Source: Candidatus Roizmanbacteria bacterium RIFCSPLOWO2_01_FULL_40_14 (GTDB lineage: Bacteria > Patescibacteriota > Microgenomatia > GCA-001788215 > 2-01-FULL-40-14). Taken from it: a stretch of 34,896 bases of DNA. The notes beneath the pieces were generated by a model. It was not told the DNA's origin, ran no database searches, and worked only from the letters and a program-made list of their open reading frames with translations. Made by a program: the position numbers and the translations under genes. Of the stretch, positions 25,922 through 34,896 are shown one piece after another; the first letter of the stretch is position 1, and every line of letters begins with the position of its first letter. Where the stretch lies: contig MGAO01000043.1 in assembly GCA_001788215.1 (NCBI GenBank), positions 29,176 through 64,071 of the forward strand, in the 5' to 3' direction.

Positions 25922-27028
25922 TCAACGCACTGATAAGCGGCTGCTTTCTATGAAAAGTGTCTGGAGTATATGGTTTGATTCTTCTGCTGTTGCTCTTCTC
26001 GGCTGTCCGAAATCTTCAATTAATATAGGAATATATTCCGCGTCGATTAATCGATCGTCATAAAACACATAGCGTCCCACAATACCTTCCCGCGTTTTCT
26101 GAGACCACATTTGGTCAAATATGAAATTGCCATGGGAATAGACAATCAATTTGTCCTGATAAATCTCAGGAGGCTGAATCCAGTGGGGATGATTACCAAT
26201 AATCAAATCGGCGCCGGCGTCAATGGCACGACGGGCTATCTCAATCTGCCGGGAAGTAGGTTGATGCGTATACTCAACACCCCAGTGAAATGAAACAATA
26301 ACCACATCTGACTGACTTTTTGCTAATCTGATTTCTTCTTCATACTTCTCATCGTCAACATGAGAGACACCGACTTGTCTTCCAATGTCGTTGTACCCTA
26401 AAAAGGAAAATTTCATGCCATTTACTTCTTTATAAACAGAATTGGTAACACCAGCCGGCAATAATTCAGCGTCTTGCAGTACTCTCACCGTCATATCAAC
26501 TCCTTCTTGTCCCCAATTTCCCATGTGATTATTGGCAATGTTTACCACATCAATGCCTGCAAATAGTAACCCATCTACATTTCGGGTGTCTCCACAAAAA
26601 ATCATACCCGTATTGGTCGTCGGACAATCTTCAACCAAGGGTGTTTCCAGATTAATAATAGTAATATCGCCTGATCGCAGTAAATCTGCTGTTTTTTCAA
26701 ATGCCCAGTGAAAATTGTTTTTCTCTACGGTCTTTGCATTTACGCTGCGTGCGGTCAAAATATCACCCGTTGCGATAACCGTTGTTATCCGTTCAGCTGA
26801 TAGTGTCGCGGTCCAGTCATGGTCTGTTGAAAAAATAGAATCTAAAGAAATAGGTTGGGGGGTAAAGTCTGCTTTCTTAGGGTTGGAAGAAATGAAATTA
26901 GTCTTATAATCTAAATCAGTAAGACTGATTTTTCGGTTACGAGGATATAAAGCAAGAAGTATGAGTACTCCTTCAATGAAAATAATCGTGATTAACACAA
27001 TAACGACCGCAGGCGAATTATTTTTCAT
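25922..27028 (-). CDS. CapA (PGA_cap) family metallophosphoesterase, membrane anchored
   Basis: ATGDI, NLETP, ANNHMG, SFHWG.EY, GAD.IIGNHPHW.Q, YS.GNF.FDQ; probable start MKNNS at 27028. Confidence 0.92.
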   Translation of the reverse strand: MKNNSPAVVIVLITIIFIEGVLILLALYPRNRKISLTDLDYKTNFISSNPKKADFTPQPISLDSIFSTDHDWTATLSAERITTVIATGDILTARSVNAKTVEKNNFHWAFEKTADLLRSGDITIINLETPLVEDCPTTNTGMIFCGDTRNVDGLLFAGIDVVNIANNHMGNWGQEGVDMTVRVLQDAELLPAGVTNSVYKEVNGMKFSFLGYNDIGRQVGVSHVDDEKYEEEIRLAKSQSDVVIVSFHWGVEYTHQPTSRQIEIARRAIDAGADLIIGNHPHWIQPPEIYQDKLIVYSHGNFIFDQMWSQKTREGIVGRYVFYDDRLIDAEYIPILIEDFGQPRRATAEESNHILQTLFIESSRLSVR

Positions 27029-27073
27029 GAATCGATGTTGAAGTAATGTCATCCTGACGTGTATAATAAAATC

Positions 27074-27907
27074 ATGAATGATGCTAATGGCATACAAAAG
27101 CAAGAAAATAATAACTCTGAAACACGTGATACGCAAATAAATTCCCCAGAAAAAAATACTAACAAATCTCGCAAAGGGAGAAAAAATTTGACGATCGTCA
27201 TTCTCAGTATGCTAGTACTCACAATACTAGTCGCTGGATATTTTTTATATCAGGACTGGCAAATAACAATGAGAAAAGCTCGGCAAAATATGGAGCTTGC
27301 CTCGGGTACTCCCACTCCTGATATAACGGCGATTCCAACAATAGATATCTCTCCCAAAACGCCAACTAATTTTCCGAACAGTTTTACATATAACAATTTT
27401 ACTGTTAGTTACCCTGATGACTGGCATCTACTAGATGCATCGACAGATGAAAATTTTCCAATAAGCCGCCGACTTACGCCACTTTATCCTGCAGATTCCA
27501 GCAAGGTAATTGCGCTGCAAAAAGACGATGTAAATTTAATTCTAACAATACAAGAGGTTGATGGGAGTTCTGCAGGAGGAATATTTTTTGATAACAAAGA
27601 GTATAACGAGTATGTTTCGAACAGGGATGTTGTACATATTGGAAATTCAACATTCTATCTATCAAGAAATATTCATTCTGCTTCAGCATTGGTAGACTCA
27701 CATGGCGGTCCCTATACATGGAGTGCTTTATCTGAATATTTTCCAAATAAAGAAACACGTCCAGGGACCTTCTTTAAAGGCTACAATGATGTTATAACCA
27801 GAAACGGTTATCTGTATAATTTTATACTTGTTAGTGAAAATGGTGGTCAGACAGATTCAGAAATTCAAAACGAAATGGTGAGTATTCTTGAGTCAATAGA
27901 ATGGTAA
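27074..27907 (+). CDS. Membrane-anchored exported protein, PsbP-like features
   Basis: One TM, PT linker, FTVSYPDDW, C-terminal ILESI; TATAAT ends 6 nt before ATG 27074. Confidence 0.7.
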   Translation: MNDANGIQKQENNNSETRDTQINSPEKNTNKSRKGRKNLTIVILSMLVLTILVAGYFLYQDWQITMRKARQNMELASGTPTPDITAIPTIDISPKTPTNFPNSFTYNNFTVSYPDDWHLLDASTDENFPISRRLTPLYPADSSKVIALQKDDVNLILTIQEVDGSSAGGIFFDNKEYNEYVSNRDVVHIGNSTFYLSRNIHSASALVDSHGGPYTWSALSEYFPNKETRPGTFFKGYNDVITRNGYLYNFILVSENGGQTDSEIQNEMVSILESIEW

Positions 27908-27963
27908 TCTAATTTACCCATAGGTGAAGGGAAACACGTACGCTCCCATCTATAGCCATAGTA

Positions 27964-28554
27964 CTACAAATCGTTAACTACCTTTTCAACCGCCTCCACA
28001 AATCGAGGTGTTGTCCATGCTTCGGAAGACCGCAACACTTCTTCGCCATCAACTAATACCAGTTTTGTATGCTGCGTATCTATTTCGAACTTTTCTACGA
28101 GCTCTTTTTCATACGCACTCATCGTTTCTTGTTGATAATCAATCTGAAATCCAACCACATTAGATACGGTTAATTTATCAAATCCTTCTGCAATGTCGGG
28201 TGATTCTACCTGGCAGATAGGATCTTCGTCTGAACAAAAATAGAGAACAATAACGCTTTTATCAGAAACTGCTTGCTCGTACAGGCCAGAATCAAACATT
28301 CGATACGGTGCATTTTCTTCACCAGAGATGATTGTACCCGATTCACCTGCATGCGCACTGTCTACCATACCCCCAATGGCACGATCAATTTCGGCTGTCG
28401 GAGAAGCCTGAATAGAACTTTCCGATACTACTTCTGAAGTTTCTCTATATAGATCAGCTTTTTCTGAAAGAAGATTAAATCCTACATAACTGCCCAATCC
28501 GCCCATGAGGAGCCCCAGGAAAATAACGGTAAAAGTTTGTAGCGTTTGTTTCAT
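27964..28554 (-). CDS. Membrane-anchored thioredoxin-fold protein with non-canonical Cys spacing
   Basis: N-terminal TM; IVLYFCSDEDPIC...IDY...KFEI..QHTKLVL.DG.EV.R. Confidence 0.65.
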   Translation of the reverse strand: MKQTLQTFTVIFLGLLMGGLGSYVGFNLLSEKADLYRETSEVVSESSIQASPTAEIDRAIGGMVDSAHAGESGTIISGEENAPYRMFDSGLYEQAVSDKSVIVLYFCSDEDPICQVESPDIAEGFDKLTVSNVVGFQIDYQQETMSAYEKELVEKFEIDTQHTKLVLVDGEEVLRSSEAWTTPRFVEAVEKVVNDL

Positions 28555-28611
28555 GGAAGATCGTGTAAGAAGTATAATACCGTTATTGAGAAGCAGATTC
28601 AAATGTCTTTT

Positions 28612-29652
28612 TTACTGTCCCCTTTTCTTTTTCCAAATCTCTTTATAGAGCTTCTTTGCCGTTTCAGGATTTTCTTTTAAATAGTCCATAGCCGCTTCTC
28701 TTCCTTGTCCAATAACCGTATCTTCATACTTTACAAATGCCCCAGAGCGCGTGAGCACTTCCGTTTCAAGACCCATATCAATCAACTCTCCCTCCCGATT
28801 AATACCAGTCGGCAAAATGTCAAATTCAGCAATTTTAAACGGCGGTGATACTTTGTTTTTAACGATTTTAGCCCGATGACGGCTCCCAATTACATCATCT
28901 CCCCGCTTTAATGTCTTAATTTTTCTGACATCCATGCGAATAGACGCGTAAAATTTCATCGCGAGCCCTCCGGGGGTTGTCTCAGGATTGCCAAACATGA
29001 CACCGATTTTTTGCCGAATTTGATTGGTAAAAATAGCAATGGTTTTTGATTTGGAAATCACACCGGTAAGCTTGCGGAGTGCTTGACTCATCAGCCGCGC
29101 CTGTACGCCCATCTGTGCTTCTCCCATTTCCCCTTCAATTTCAGAGCGCGGGACGAGCGCCGCAACAGAATCGACGACGATAACATCAACGCCTCCTGAA
29201 CGAATAAGCGTTTCGGCAATTTCAAGTGCTTGTTCTCCGGTATCCGGCTGTGAAACGAGAAGATCATCAAGTTTTACGCCGACAATTTCAGCCCAGGTAG
29301 GATCCATTGCATGCTCTGCATCGATAAATGCCGCAACTCCTCCTCTTCTCTGTACTTGGGCAATAATGGAAAGAGCCATGGTGGTTTTACCCGAAGCTTC
29401 AGGACCGAATATTTCAATGATTCGGCCGCGAGGAACGCCGCCGACTCCGAGAGCAAAATCTACTGTATACGATCCGGTTGGCACCACATCTTCTTCAGAT
29501 GGTGGTTTTCTCTCACCAAGCCGCATAATAGCGCCGGTTCCATACTGTTTTTGGATTTGCTCCATCGCCATCTTAACCGCTTGAAGTTTTGGACTATCTT
29601 TTTCATCGGTTTTTTCTGGAGAACTTTCTTTTGATGGTCTTCCGCGTGTCAT
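28612..29652 (-). CDS. recA: Recombinase RecA
   Basis: [63 protein letters not shown]. Confidence 0.99.
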   Translation of the reverse strand: MTRGRPSKESSPEKTDEKDSPKLQAVKMAMEQIQKQYGTGAIMRLGERKPPSEEDVVPTGSYTVDFALGVGGVPRGRIIEIFGPEASGKTTMALSIIAQVQRRGGVAAFIDAEHAMDPTWAEIVGVKLDDLLVSQPDTGEQALEIAETLIRSGGVDVIVVDSVAALVPRSEIEGEMGEAQMGVQARLMSQALRKLTGVISKSKTIAIFTNQIRQKIGVMFGNPETTPGGLAMKFYASIRMDVRKIKTLKRGDDVIGSRHRAKIVKNKVSPPFKIAEFDILPTGINREGELIDMGLETEVLTRSGAFVKYEDTVIGQGREAAMDYLKENPETAKKLYKEIWKKKRGQ

Positions 29653-29662
29653 AAAATCAATC

Positions 29663-29737
29663 GTCATTGCGAGGGTGTAAATGACGAAGCAATCCCTTAC
29701 TTTAATAGGATCCTTCGGATTTCATCCTCAGGATGAC
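29663..29737. repeat. REP-like composite hairpin
   Basis: GTCATTGCGAGG...CGAAGCAATCC paired with GGATCCTTCG...CCTCAGGATGAC. Confidence 0.7.
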
Positions 29738-29803
29738 AGTAATACCTGTCAAATATTTTTACCCAATACTAGAGGATTTTGTGATAAAATGCAAGGGGTA
29801 AAT

Positions 29804-29874
29804 CGGGGAATAGTTTAACAGTAGAATGCGCGGCTGGGGGTCGTGCGGCGGCAGTGCAACCCTGCCTTCCCCGA
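29804..29874 (+). tRNA. tRNA-Pro(GGG)
   Basis: Acceptor CGGGGAA/TTCCCCG + A, anticodon loop CT-GGG-GG, T arm GGCAG-TGCAACC-CTGCC. Confidence 0.88.
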
Positions 29875-29930
29875 CAAACTAGAGTAGAAAAGCATATACA
29901 AATGCTGTATGTGTATACTAGGCTACATAT

Positions 29931-30515
29931 ATGAAAGATAGAATGTTTGGAATCATCGGCAAAATAAATGACGCACTGACCGTTTTTGGATATAGCATAT
30001 GGAAACCTGTAATGGAACGTGCAGGTATTGAGACAAAGCTTACCAAATCAACAGAAGAAAGAATAGAATACTTAGCAAACGTTATAAGAACAATTCATGA
30101 AGCAGGAGGGATCAAAGAAATTCGTGCGGCACTGGGTGGAGATGATGGGGATATGGATGAGTTGGCAGAAGCGCTCATCCGAGCAGGCATAGTTCCACCA
30201 CCAGGAGTTCAAATCTTACGAATTAAAATCACGCAGGCACCAATGGGTCCTGCTCCTGAAAATGTGAGAAGTGCATGGGTTGGCACGGAACTGTTAGCCG
30301 TTAACCTTCCACCTTCTATAGGAGAGGAAGATTTTACAACGGGACAAGCAGGACCGCCACGAGAATCTTATGCCGTGTTGACAGAATCCGCAATCGCGGC
30401 ATTACAAGAAAAGTCCCCAGAGGCAGCAGAATGGTTTTATGAAAACGTACCACCTGATTTACCAGTGCTCACTTTTGGCGCAAATGAGGTTGAAATAATT
30501 ACGGAAACAGATTAA
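29931..30515 (+). CDS. Hypothetical protein
   Basis: 194-aa ORF with upstream TATACT; motif P.GPAPE.VR.AWVG; family not recognised. Confidence 0.7.
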   Translation: MKDRMFGIIGKINDALTVFGYSIWKPVMERAGIETKLTKSTEERIEYLANVIRTIHEAGGIKEIRAALGGDDGDMDELAEALIRAGIVPPPGVQILRIKITQAPMGPAPENVRSAWVGTELLAVNLPPSIGEEDFTTGQAGPPRESYAVLTESAIAALQEKSPEAAEWFYENVPPDLPVLTFGANEVEIITETD

Positions 30516-30533
30516 TAATATTGATAGCTTTAT

Positions 30534-30956
30534 ATGTATCTTCCCATTAAAATCGGCTTATCTCCCACCCTCAAAATCAGAGGGATTATTGCGGTGGAAG
30601 ATATTTGCAAAGATCAAATTATCGAGCGCTGCCCTATACTTCTTATTGAAGTAAAACAGGAATCTCTGATCAAAGACACACCGCTGAACAATTACATATT
30701 TGAGTGGAATAAAGAATATATAGCAATCGTACTGGGGTATGGCAGTTTATACAATCACTCATATAGACCGAATGCACGATATGCTCATAACTATCAGGAT
30801 AAACTCACTATTTTCCGGGCAATCAAAGATATTAAAAAAGGAGAAGAAATTTTTGTAAACTACAATTATGTGCCCACAAGCAAAGCAAAACTCGATCTAG
30901 AGATTTCATCCCTCGATAAAACATATAATACGAAACGCTTGGGAAAAGTGAGATAA
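30534..30956 (+). CDS. SET domain protein-lysine methyltransferase
   Basis: RG..A..DI, GSLYNHSY.PNA, AIKDIKKGEEIFVNY. Confidence 0.9.
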   Translation: MYLPIKIGLSPTLKIRGIIAVEDICKDQIIERCPILLIEVKQESLIKDTPLNNYIFEWNKEYIAIVLGYGSLYNHSYRPNARYAHNYQDKLTIFRAIKDIKKGEEIFVNYNYVPTSKAKLDLEISSLDKTYNTKRLGKVR

Positions 30957-30966
30957 TCCGAAAAGA

Positions 30967-33138
30967 TTAGTTTATATACGGCCGTATGAAGAGAAAGTCG
31001 AAACTGTTTATTCTTGCATCACCATTCGTATCGTAAGAAGCAGTATTGGTGTAATAACTTCGTAAGATTGCAGAGAGTTCAGTAGCTGATATCTTCCCGT
31101 CTTTTGGATTGTTGTCTCCGGGAATAGGAATGGTAGTTGGTGTAGGAGTATTGGTAGGAGTAGGGGTATTTGCTGGAATGCAGTCTTGAATAAACGGAGC
31201 AAGTTTAAGGAAATCAAAACCCGCATGCATAAAGGTATCACCACCAACATTCCAGTTGGGATGTATGAAAACACTTTGCGGATAGGTACTAGTATCCTCA
31301 AGCTGAATATTCCCCGCTAAATAGACAGCACCTAGGTTGTTGTTCTGACCGAAACTGACCGGGCCTGCGCTGCTCTGCCAGTTGAAGGTTTTAAGCAAAT
31401 CTGCGTTTATTAGATTTATCTGTTGTCCATACCAGTCAAGTACTAGTTCAGGAAAATAGATTTGGTCGAAACCAGGATCGCCGTTTGATTCAATTCCCCA
31501 GACAAGAGCCGGTTTGTCCAGAAAACGAGTAATATCTATTGAGAACGACGAAACCTGGCCGTTATATGTTTTTAAAATGTTCGTAGATGTAGTCCAATTA
31601 AAGTTGTCACTGCGGGAACTAGGCGTTACAGTACTATAATCATCGTTGTTATACATGAATGTTAAGCGCGCCCCATTCGTTTGTGTTGCTCCCTTGGCAA
31701 ATCCGAATTTCCCTCGCAGCAGTACTTTACCCCCAGTAAATTCTTTATGTCTGCAATACCGAAGCAAAGGCTCGTCCAGGGTATTTAGAGGCGGGTACGT
31801 AAACTGCGGGTTGCTTATATTTTTTATCTCCGAAATCCGCCTGAGTGCCGCAAAGTGATCGCCGTACTCAGAATAATTGGCAAAATTAAAACCTGGTTCT
31901 ATCTGATGTTGTTCATTCCAGTCATTCCAAGACTCAAGAAATACATCTTTATCGTATTGTTTTGCCATATCAAGAGACACTTTTAAAAATCCCTCTTTTT
32001 CAGGAAACATCCCGTTTCCGGTCCGTGTTATGACCGTACGAGGTATTGAAAGACCGGATCCTCTATCGCTCGTAGTCGGAAACAGTGCCCGCTCGTCAAA
32101 AGCCGGATACACATGGAAAGCCATCTTCCCAGCAGCATCGCCAACTGCAAAATTTATACTGTTTCGATAATTAGCAAGATACGTATCGCGGTTGGTTGAT
32201 GAGTTTAACAGTGGGGTAATTTGCTTGTCAACACCGAAAGTATTAAAAAATACACCAATGTTTTCTGCAGTTGCAATTCTATATATCTCCGGAATAGATG
32301 CGAAACTTTCTCCCCGATAATCCTTGGTTGACCCGGTCATGACCAGGTAAAAATCTCCTGCCTGCGCTTTTACTTCACTGATCCACTTTTTCATATCGGC
32401 AACATTTCCCCAGTTATATATTGTCTGGTTTGAAGGTGTAGGACAATCCGATTGAGGATATAGAGAATCTCCATGTTTATATAGTGCACTCCACGTTTGT
32501 CCAGTTGGATAATTTGCAATCCAGAAAACAGGCTTTCCGTCAATCCGTAAATAGGCCGGATTACTTGCAAACGACTGGAGGTGCGAAATAATTACTTGTT
32601 TGTTCCCCTCATAAAAAAGGCGGCATCCGTTACTTTGCATCGGGAGACCGCGCGCATTTGCTAATCCGTGTTTGGGATGATCGATCCCTACTCCTCCATA
32701 CGCCTCTATTCCAAGTTTCATCCCCACTTGGTTGGCAATAGTTAGATGATTGGTAAACGTCTGGTTCCACGCCCCGTCATAAACGGATGCAAACATCCCA
32801 TCAATTCCCGCGGCTTTGGCAAGTTCAAAATGATACTTAATAACATCATTTTGTGTAAACGAGCTGTACGGACCGGTCAACGGAAGTCCCAAGCGGGAAG
32901 CGGTTTCACGCCTCCATGGACTTAAAAAAGTAGTCCCGTCGCTTCCACCTGTAACACTCCATGATTTTTTGCTCCAGTTCTGCCAGGTTTGATGCCGCCA
33001 GTCAGGACTTACGTCATACGTTGAGTACCATAGATGGTATTGCACATAGACGTTCGTTACGGCAAAAGCTGACCGGGCACTAAATAGAAATAACAGTAAT
33101 ACAAAAATTGATTTGAAAAGACAGGAAGTTCTTTTCAT
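30967..33138 (-). CDS. Secreted GH99/GH71-like glycoside hydrolase with PT linker and dockerin-like C-terminus
   Basis: Signal peptide from ATG 33138; YH.WY, P.TGPYSS, AK.AGIDG, IDGKPV, SWNDWNEQHQIEP; GDNNPKDGKI...DTNGDARINSFD. Confidence 0.75.
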   Translation of the reverse strand: MKRTSCLFKSIFVLLLFLFSARSAFAVTNVYVQYHLWYSTYDVSPDWRHQTWQNWSKKSWSVTGGSDGTTFLSPWRRETASRLGLPLTGPYSSFTQNDVIKYHFELAKAAGIDGMFASVYDGAWNQTFTNHLTIANQVGMKLGIEAYGGVGIDHPKHGLANARGLPMQSNGCRLFYEGNKQVIISHLQSFASNPAYLRIDGKPVFWIANYPTGQTWSALYKHGDSLYPQSDCPTPSNQTIYNWGNVADMKKWISEVKAQAGDFYLVMTGSTKDYRGESFASIPEIYRIATAENIGVFFNTFGVDKQITPLLNSSTNRDTYLANYRNSINFAVGDAAGKMAFHVYPAFDERALFPTTSDRGSGLSIPRTVITRTGNGMFPEKEGFLKVSLDMAKQYDKDVFLESWNDWNEQHQIEPGFNFANYSEYGDHFAALRRISEIKNISNPQFTYPPLNTLDEPLLRYCRHKEFTGGKVLLRGKFGFAKGATQTNGARLTFMYNNDDYSTVTPSSRSDNFNWTTSTNILKTYNGQVSSFSIDITRFLDKPALVWGIESNGDPGFDQIYFPELVLDWYGQQINLINADLLKTFNWQSSAGPVSFGQNNNLGAVYLAGNIQLEDTSTYPQSVFIHPNWNVGGDTFMHAGFDFLKLAPFIQDCIPANTPTPTNTPTPTTIPIPGDNNPKDGKISATELSAILRSYYTNTASYDTNGDARINSFDFLFIRPYIN

Positions 33139-33157
33139 AACTTCTATTATTATATCT

Positions 33158-33691
33158 TTATCTCCCACATGCCGGCCAGGCGCCTGCCCCGCCACGAGAG
33201 ATTTTAAAAGCTGCAGTTTTAATAGATTCTTCTGGATTAAACCGAAGATCCAGATTCGGATCTGCTCCCATCGCATTTCTTGTACTGATCCAGGTGCCCG
33301 CAGCAAACTGATACATGCCACCGTAATTGTTTTTTGCATTATATGACGTTGCATTAAATCCGGACTCGCATTGCGCTATGTTGTGAAGCAGACTCCGGTC
33401 AATATGATATTCGTCACTATAACGGGTAAACCAGCTATCCAGATCTGTTCCAGTATATGAATATTGTGTAGGAGTTGGCGGCATAGGTGTTGGTGTATTG
33501 GTTGGAGTAGGTGTATTCGTCGGGGTGGGAGTATTTGTCGGCGCCGGGGTATTGGTGGGCGTGGGGGTTATATCATAGCTCTCAATATGGGCACTTAATA
33601 CGGGAGATTCCTCATGATGACGTGACCTTGTAGAAATAATCGTGCTAAAAAGCACGATCCCGGCAGCCGCAATGATACCTATTGCTGGCAT
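33158..33691 (-). CDS. Rpf-like / lytic transglycosylase domain protein with PT-repeat stalk
   Basis: IAQCESG, GGMYQF...TW, GAWPAC; N-terminal TM; (TPTPTN)n linker. Confidence 0.85.
   Translation of the reverse strand: MPAIGIIAAAGIVLFSTIISTRSRHHEESPVLSAHIESYDITPTPTNTPAPTNTPTPTNTPTPTNTPTPMPPTPTQYSYTGTDLDSWFTRYSDEYHIDRSLLHNIAQCESGFNATSYNAKNNYGGMYQFAAGTWISTRNAMGADPNLDLRFNPEESIKTAAFKISRGGAGAWPACGR
33488..33568 (-). repeat. 18-nt coding tandem repeat (TPTPTN)
   Basis: About 4.5 degenerate copies encoding the Pro/Thr linker. Confidence 0.85.
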
Positions 33692-33800
33692 ATACAGATT
33701 ATACACTAACAAAATTTATGACCATCTTGACAACGATATGTCTATGAGTCCAAAATAAAATACTGCGTATTAACATACGTAGTATTTTGCACGTTCTGTG

Positions 33801-33850
33801 TCCCGCCTCAGGCGGGAATATTTGTATCGTTTCTCCCCCGCCATGGCGGG
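33801..33850. repeat. Two CCCGCC-n-GGCGGG mini-palindromes
   Basis: TCCCGCC-TCA-GGCGGGA (33801-33817) and CCCGCC-AT-GGCGGG (33837-33850). Confidence 0.75.
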
Positions 33851-33880
33851 TCGGGATTCACTATCTTGTGATAATTCTGT

Positions 33881-34372
33881 ATGAATAATTTTATTAAACT
33901 CGTAGGAGCAATTGCTCTTTGTCAGACAGCTGGTATCATAGGCTTATTTTTTACCGTATCTGCAATTCCCACGTGGTATGCACAACTCGAAAAACCAGTT
34001 TTTACTCCTCCCAACTGGATATTTGGTCCTGTTTGGATAGTATTGTATACCCTTATGGGAATTTCTCTTTTTCTCATATGGAAAAAAAGGCAGTACATGC
34101 AGAAAACAGAAGATGCAACTATAGTCACCTCTTTATTTCTGTTTTATGTCCATCTCGTTATAAACGCATATTGGTCCATCGTTTTTTTTGGTATGAAGGA
34201 TATAGTGAGCGCGTTACTCATTATCGTCATTTTAGCAGAAATGATTCTTCTTCTGATAGTAAAGTTTTTTCGTATCGACCGAATAGCAGGACTTCTTCTT
34301 ATCCCCTATTATTTTTGGGCATTGTACGCTTCGTTTCTCAATTTTTCTATTTGGCAACTAAATCGTACATAG
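33881..34372 (+). CDS. tspO: TspO/MBR family tryptophan-rich sensory protein
   Basis: WY..L.KP.F.PP.WIFGPVW..LY.LMG, N..WS..FFG, AG.LLIPY..W. Confidence 0.93.
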   Translation: MNNFIKLVGAIALCQTAGIIGLFFTVSAIPTWYAQLEKPVFTPPNWIFGPVWIVLYTLMGISLFLIWKKRQYMQKTEDATIVTSLFLFYVHLVINAYWSIVFFGMKDIVSALLIIVILAEMILLLIVKFFRIDRIAGLLLIPYYFWALYASFLNFSIWQLNRT

Positions 34373-34507
34373 CCGGGATCGCCACGATATATTTAGTGAT
34401 TCGTTTTGTATATATTTGTATATATATGATGGCCGCGTTAAAACCGTTCCACTTGCCACTATATGTTTCAAATCACCCTCTATACTACCCCCTTTGATAG
34501 AAATAAA

Positions 34508-34539
34508 CACAAAAAGCCCGTCGTAACGGTCTTTTTGTG
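34508..34539. terminator. Possible bidirectional intrinsic terminator
   Basis: CACAAAAAG-C-CCGT-CGTA-ACGG-T-CTTTTTGTG. Confidence 0.55.
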
Positions 34540-34626
34540 ATATTTGCGAACTGCTTTGCAGTATAACAAACACCCTTTTTTCTGACAATATGGTATTTAT
34601 ATATCGCACCCGATCAATTCACGCTC

Positions 34627-34655
34627 TTGCATGAACATCGTCACTTCGTTATAAT
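34627..34655 (+). promoter_or_regulatory. Sigma70 promoter, probably leaderless
   Basis: TTGCAT-N17-TATAAT, 8 nt before ATG 34664. Confidence 0.65.
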
Positions 34656-34663
34656 CATCTGCA

Positions 34664-34896
34664 ATGGACTCAGACAATAAAAAACTTACCAAGAAAGAAC
34701 GTCGAGAGTTAAAGCGACAACAGCGTTTAGAAATCGAAGAAAAAAAACAAAAACAGGATTCCTCAAAGAAATATATCGGATGGGGAGTTGGTATTGCTGT
34801 ATTAATTGGACTCGGTTTTTTTCTAAAAGTTGCATTTACTCCACCTCCTCCCGGAACCATCCCGGAAATTCAATCAATCAACGCAACTGATCATAC
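34664..34896 (+). CDS. Partial membrane-anchored protein, possibly DsbA-like (truncated by window end)
   Basis: MDSDNKKLTKKERRELKRQQ..., then a TM (YIGWGVGIAVLIGLGFF), ending ...INATDH; the DsbA guess rests on architecture only. Confidence 0.6.
   Translation, partial: MDSDNKKLTKKERRELKRQQRLEIEEKKQKQDSSKKYIGWGVGIAVLIGLGFFLKVAFTPPPPGTIPEIQSINATDH

Noticed and set aside
28612-29652. Intein or intron in recA
   Set aside because: Normal length and colinear motifs; no insertion.
33139-33354. 72-codon N-terminal extension of the GH99-like ORF overlapping the rpf-like gene
   Set aside because: A signal peptide and nearby TATAAT indicate a start at 33138; the extension is an alternative-frame overlap with no slippery site seen.
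33919-34497. 192-aa ORF overlapping tspO in another frame
   Set aside because: The tspO frame carries all family motifs; this frame has none.
34373-34620. ncRNA or replication origin in the tspO downstream spacer
   Set aside because: Only an AT-rich patch and one terminator-like hairpin; no DnaA-box cluster or recognisable RNA motif was seen.
1-34896. Alternative genetic code (UGA=Gly, as in Gracilibacteria/SR1)
   Set aside because: Conserved genes such as rpsS, rpsE and adk end at TGA at the expected positions, and no in-frame TGA interrupts conserved proteins.

Overview
Bacterial chromosomal window, most likely from a Patescibacteria (CPR, Microgenomates-like) genome. This is inferred from the absence of L30 from the spc cluster, shortened L2/L17/L18, -10 boxes just upstream of ATGs and CPR-typical exported proteins. 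The core (9779-25794, minus strand) is a fused S10-spc-alpha-L13/S9 ribosomal superoperon. It begins at rplC, lacks rpsJ, rpmD and rpmJ, and has cmk between adk and map. The flanks carry comM/yifB, a stand-alone ATP-cone protein, RNase P RNA, four tRNAs, MazG and NUDIX hydrolases, a frameshifted TrmB regulator, recA, and CapA, SET, GH99-like, Rpf-like and TspO genes. The most striking unexplained signals are: (i) GC-rich mini-palindromes inserted in-frame in rplD, rplV and map, twice between TTGGATC direct repeats; (ii) a minimal L17 missing about 40 central residues; (iii) an unannotated ~130-nt rod-shaped RNA behind a TATAAT box (6S-like); (iv) an attenuator-like leader directly before rplC; (v) inverted low-complexity repeat arrays, one of which pairs fully only on the antisense strand; and (vi) a structured, duplicated tract downstream of rnpB. 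All calls are by eye; no searches were run.
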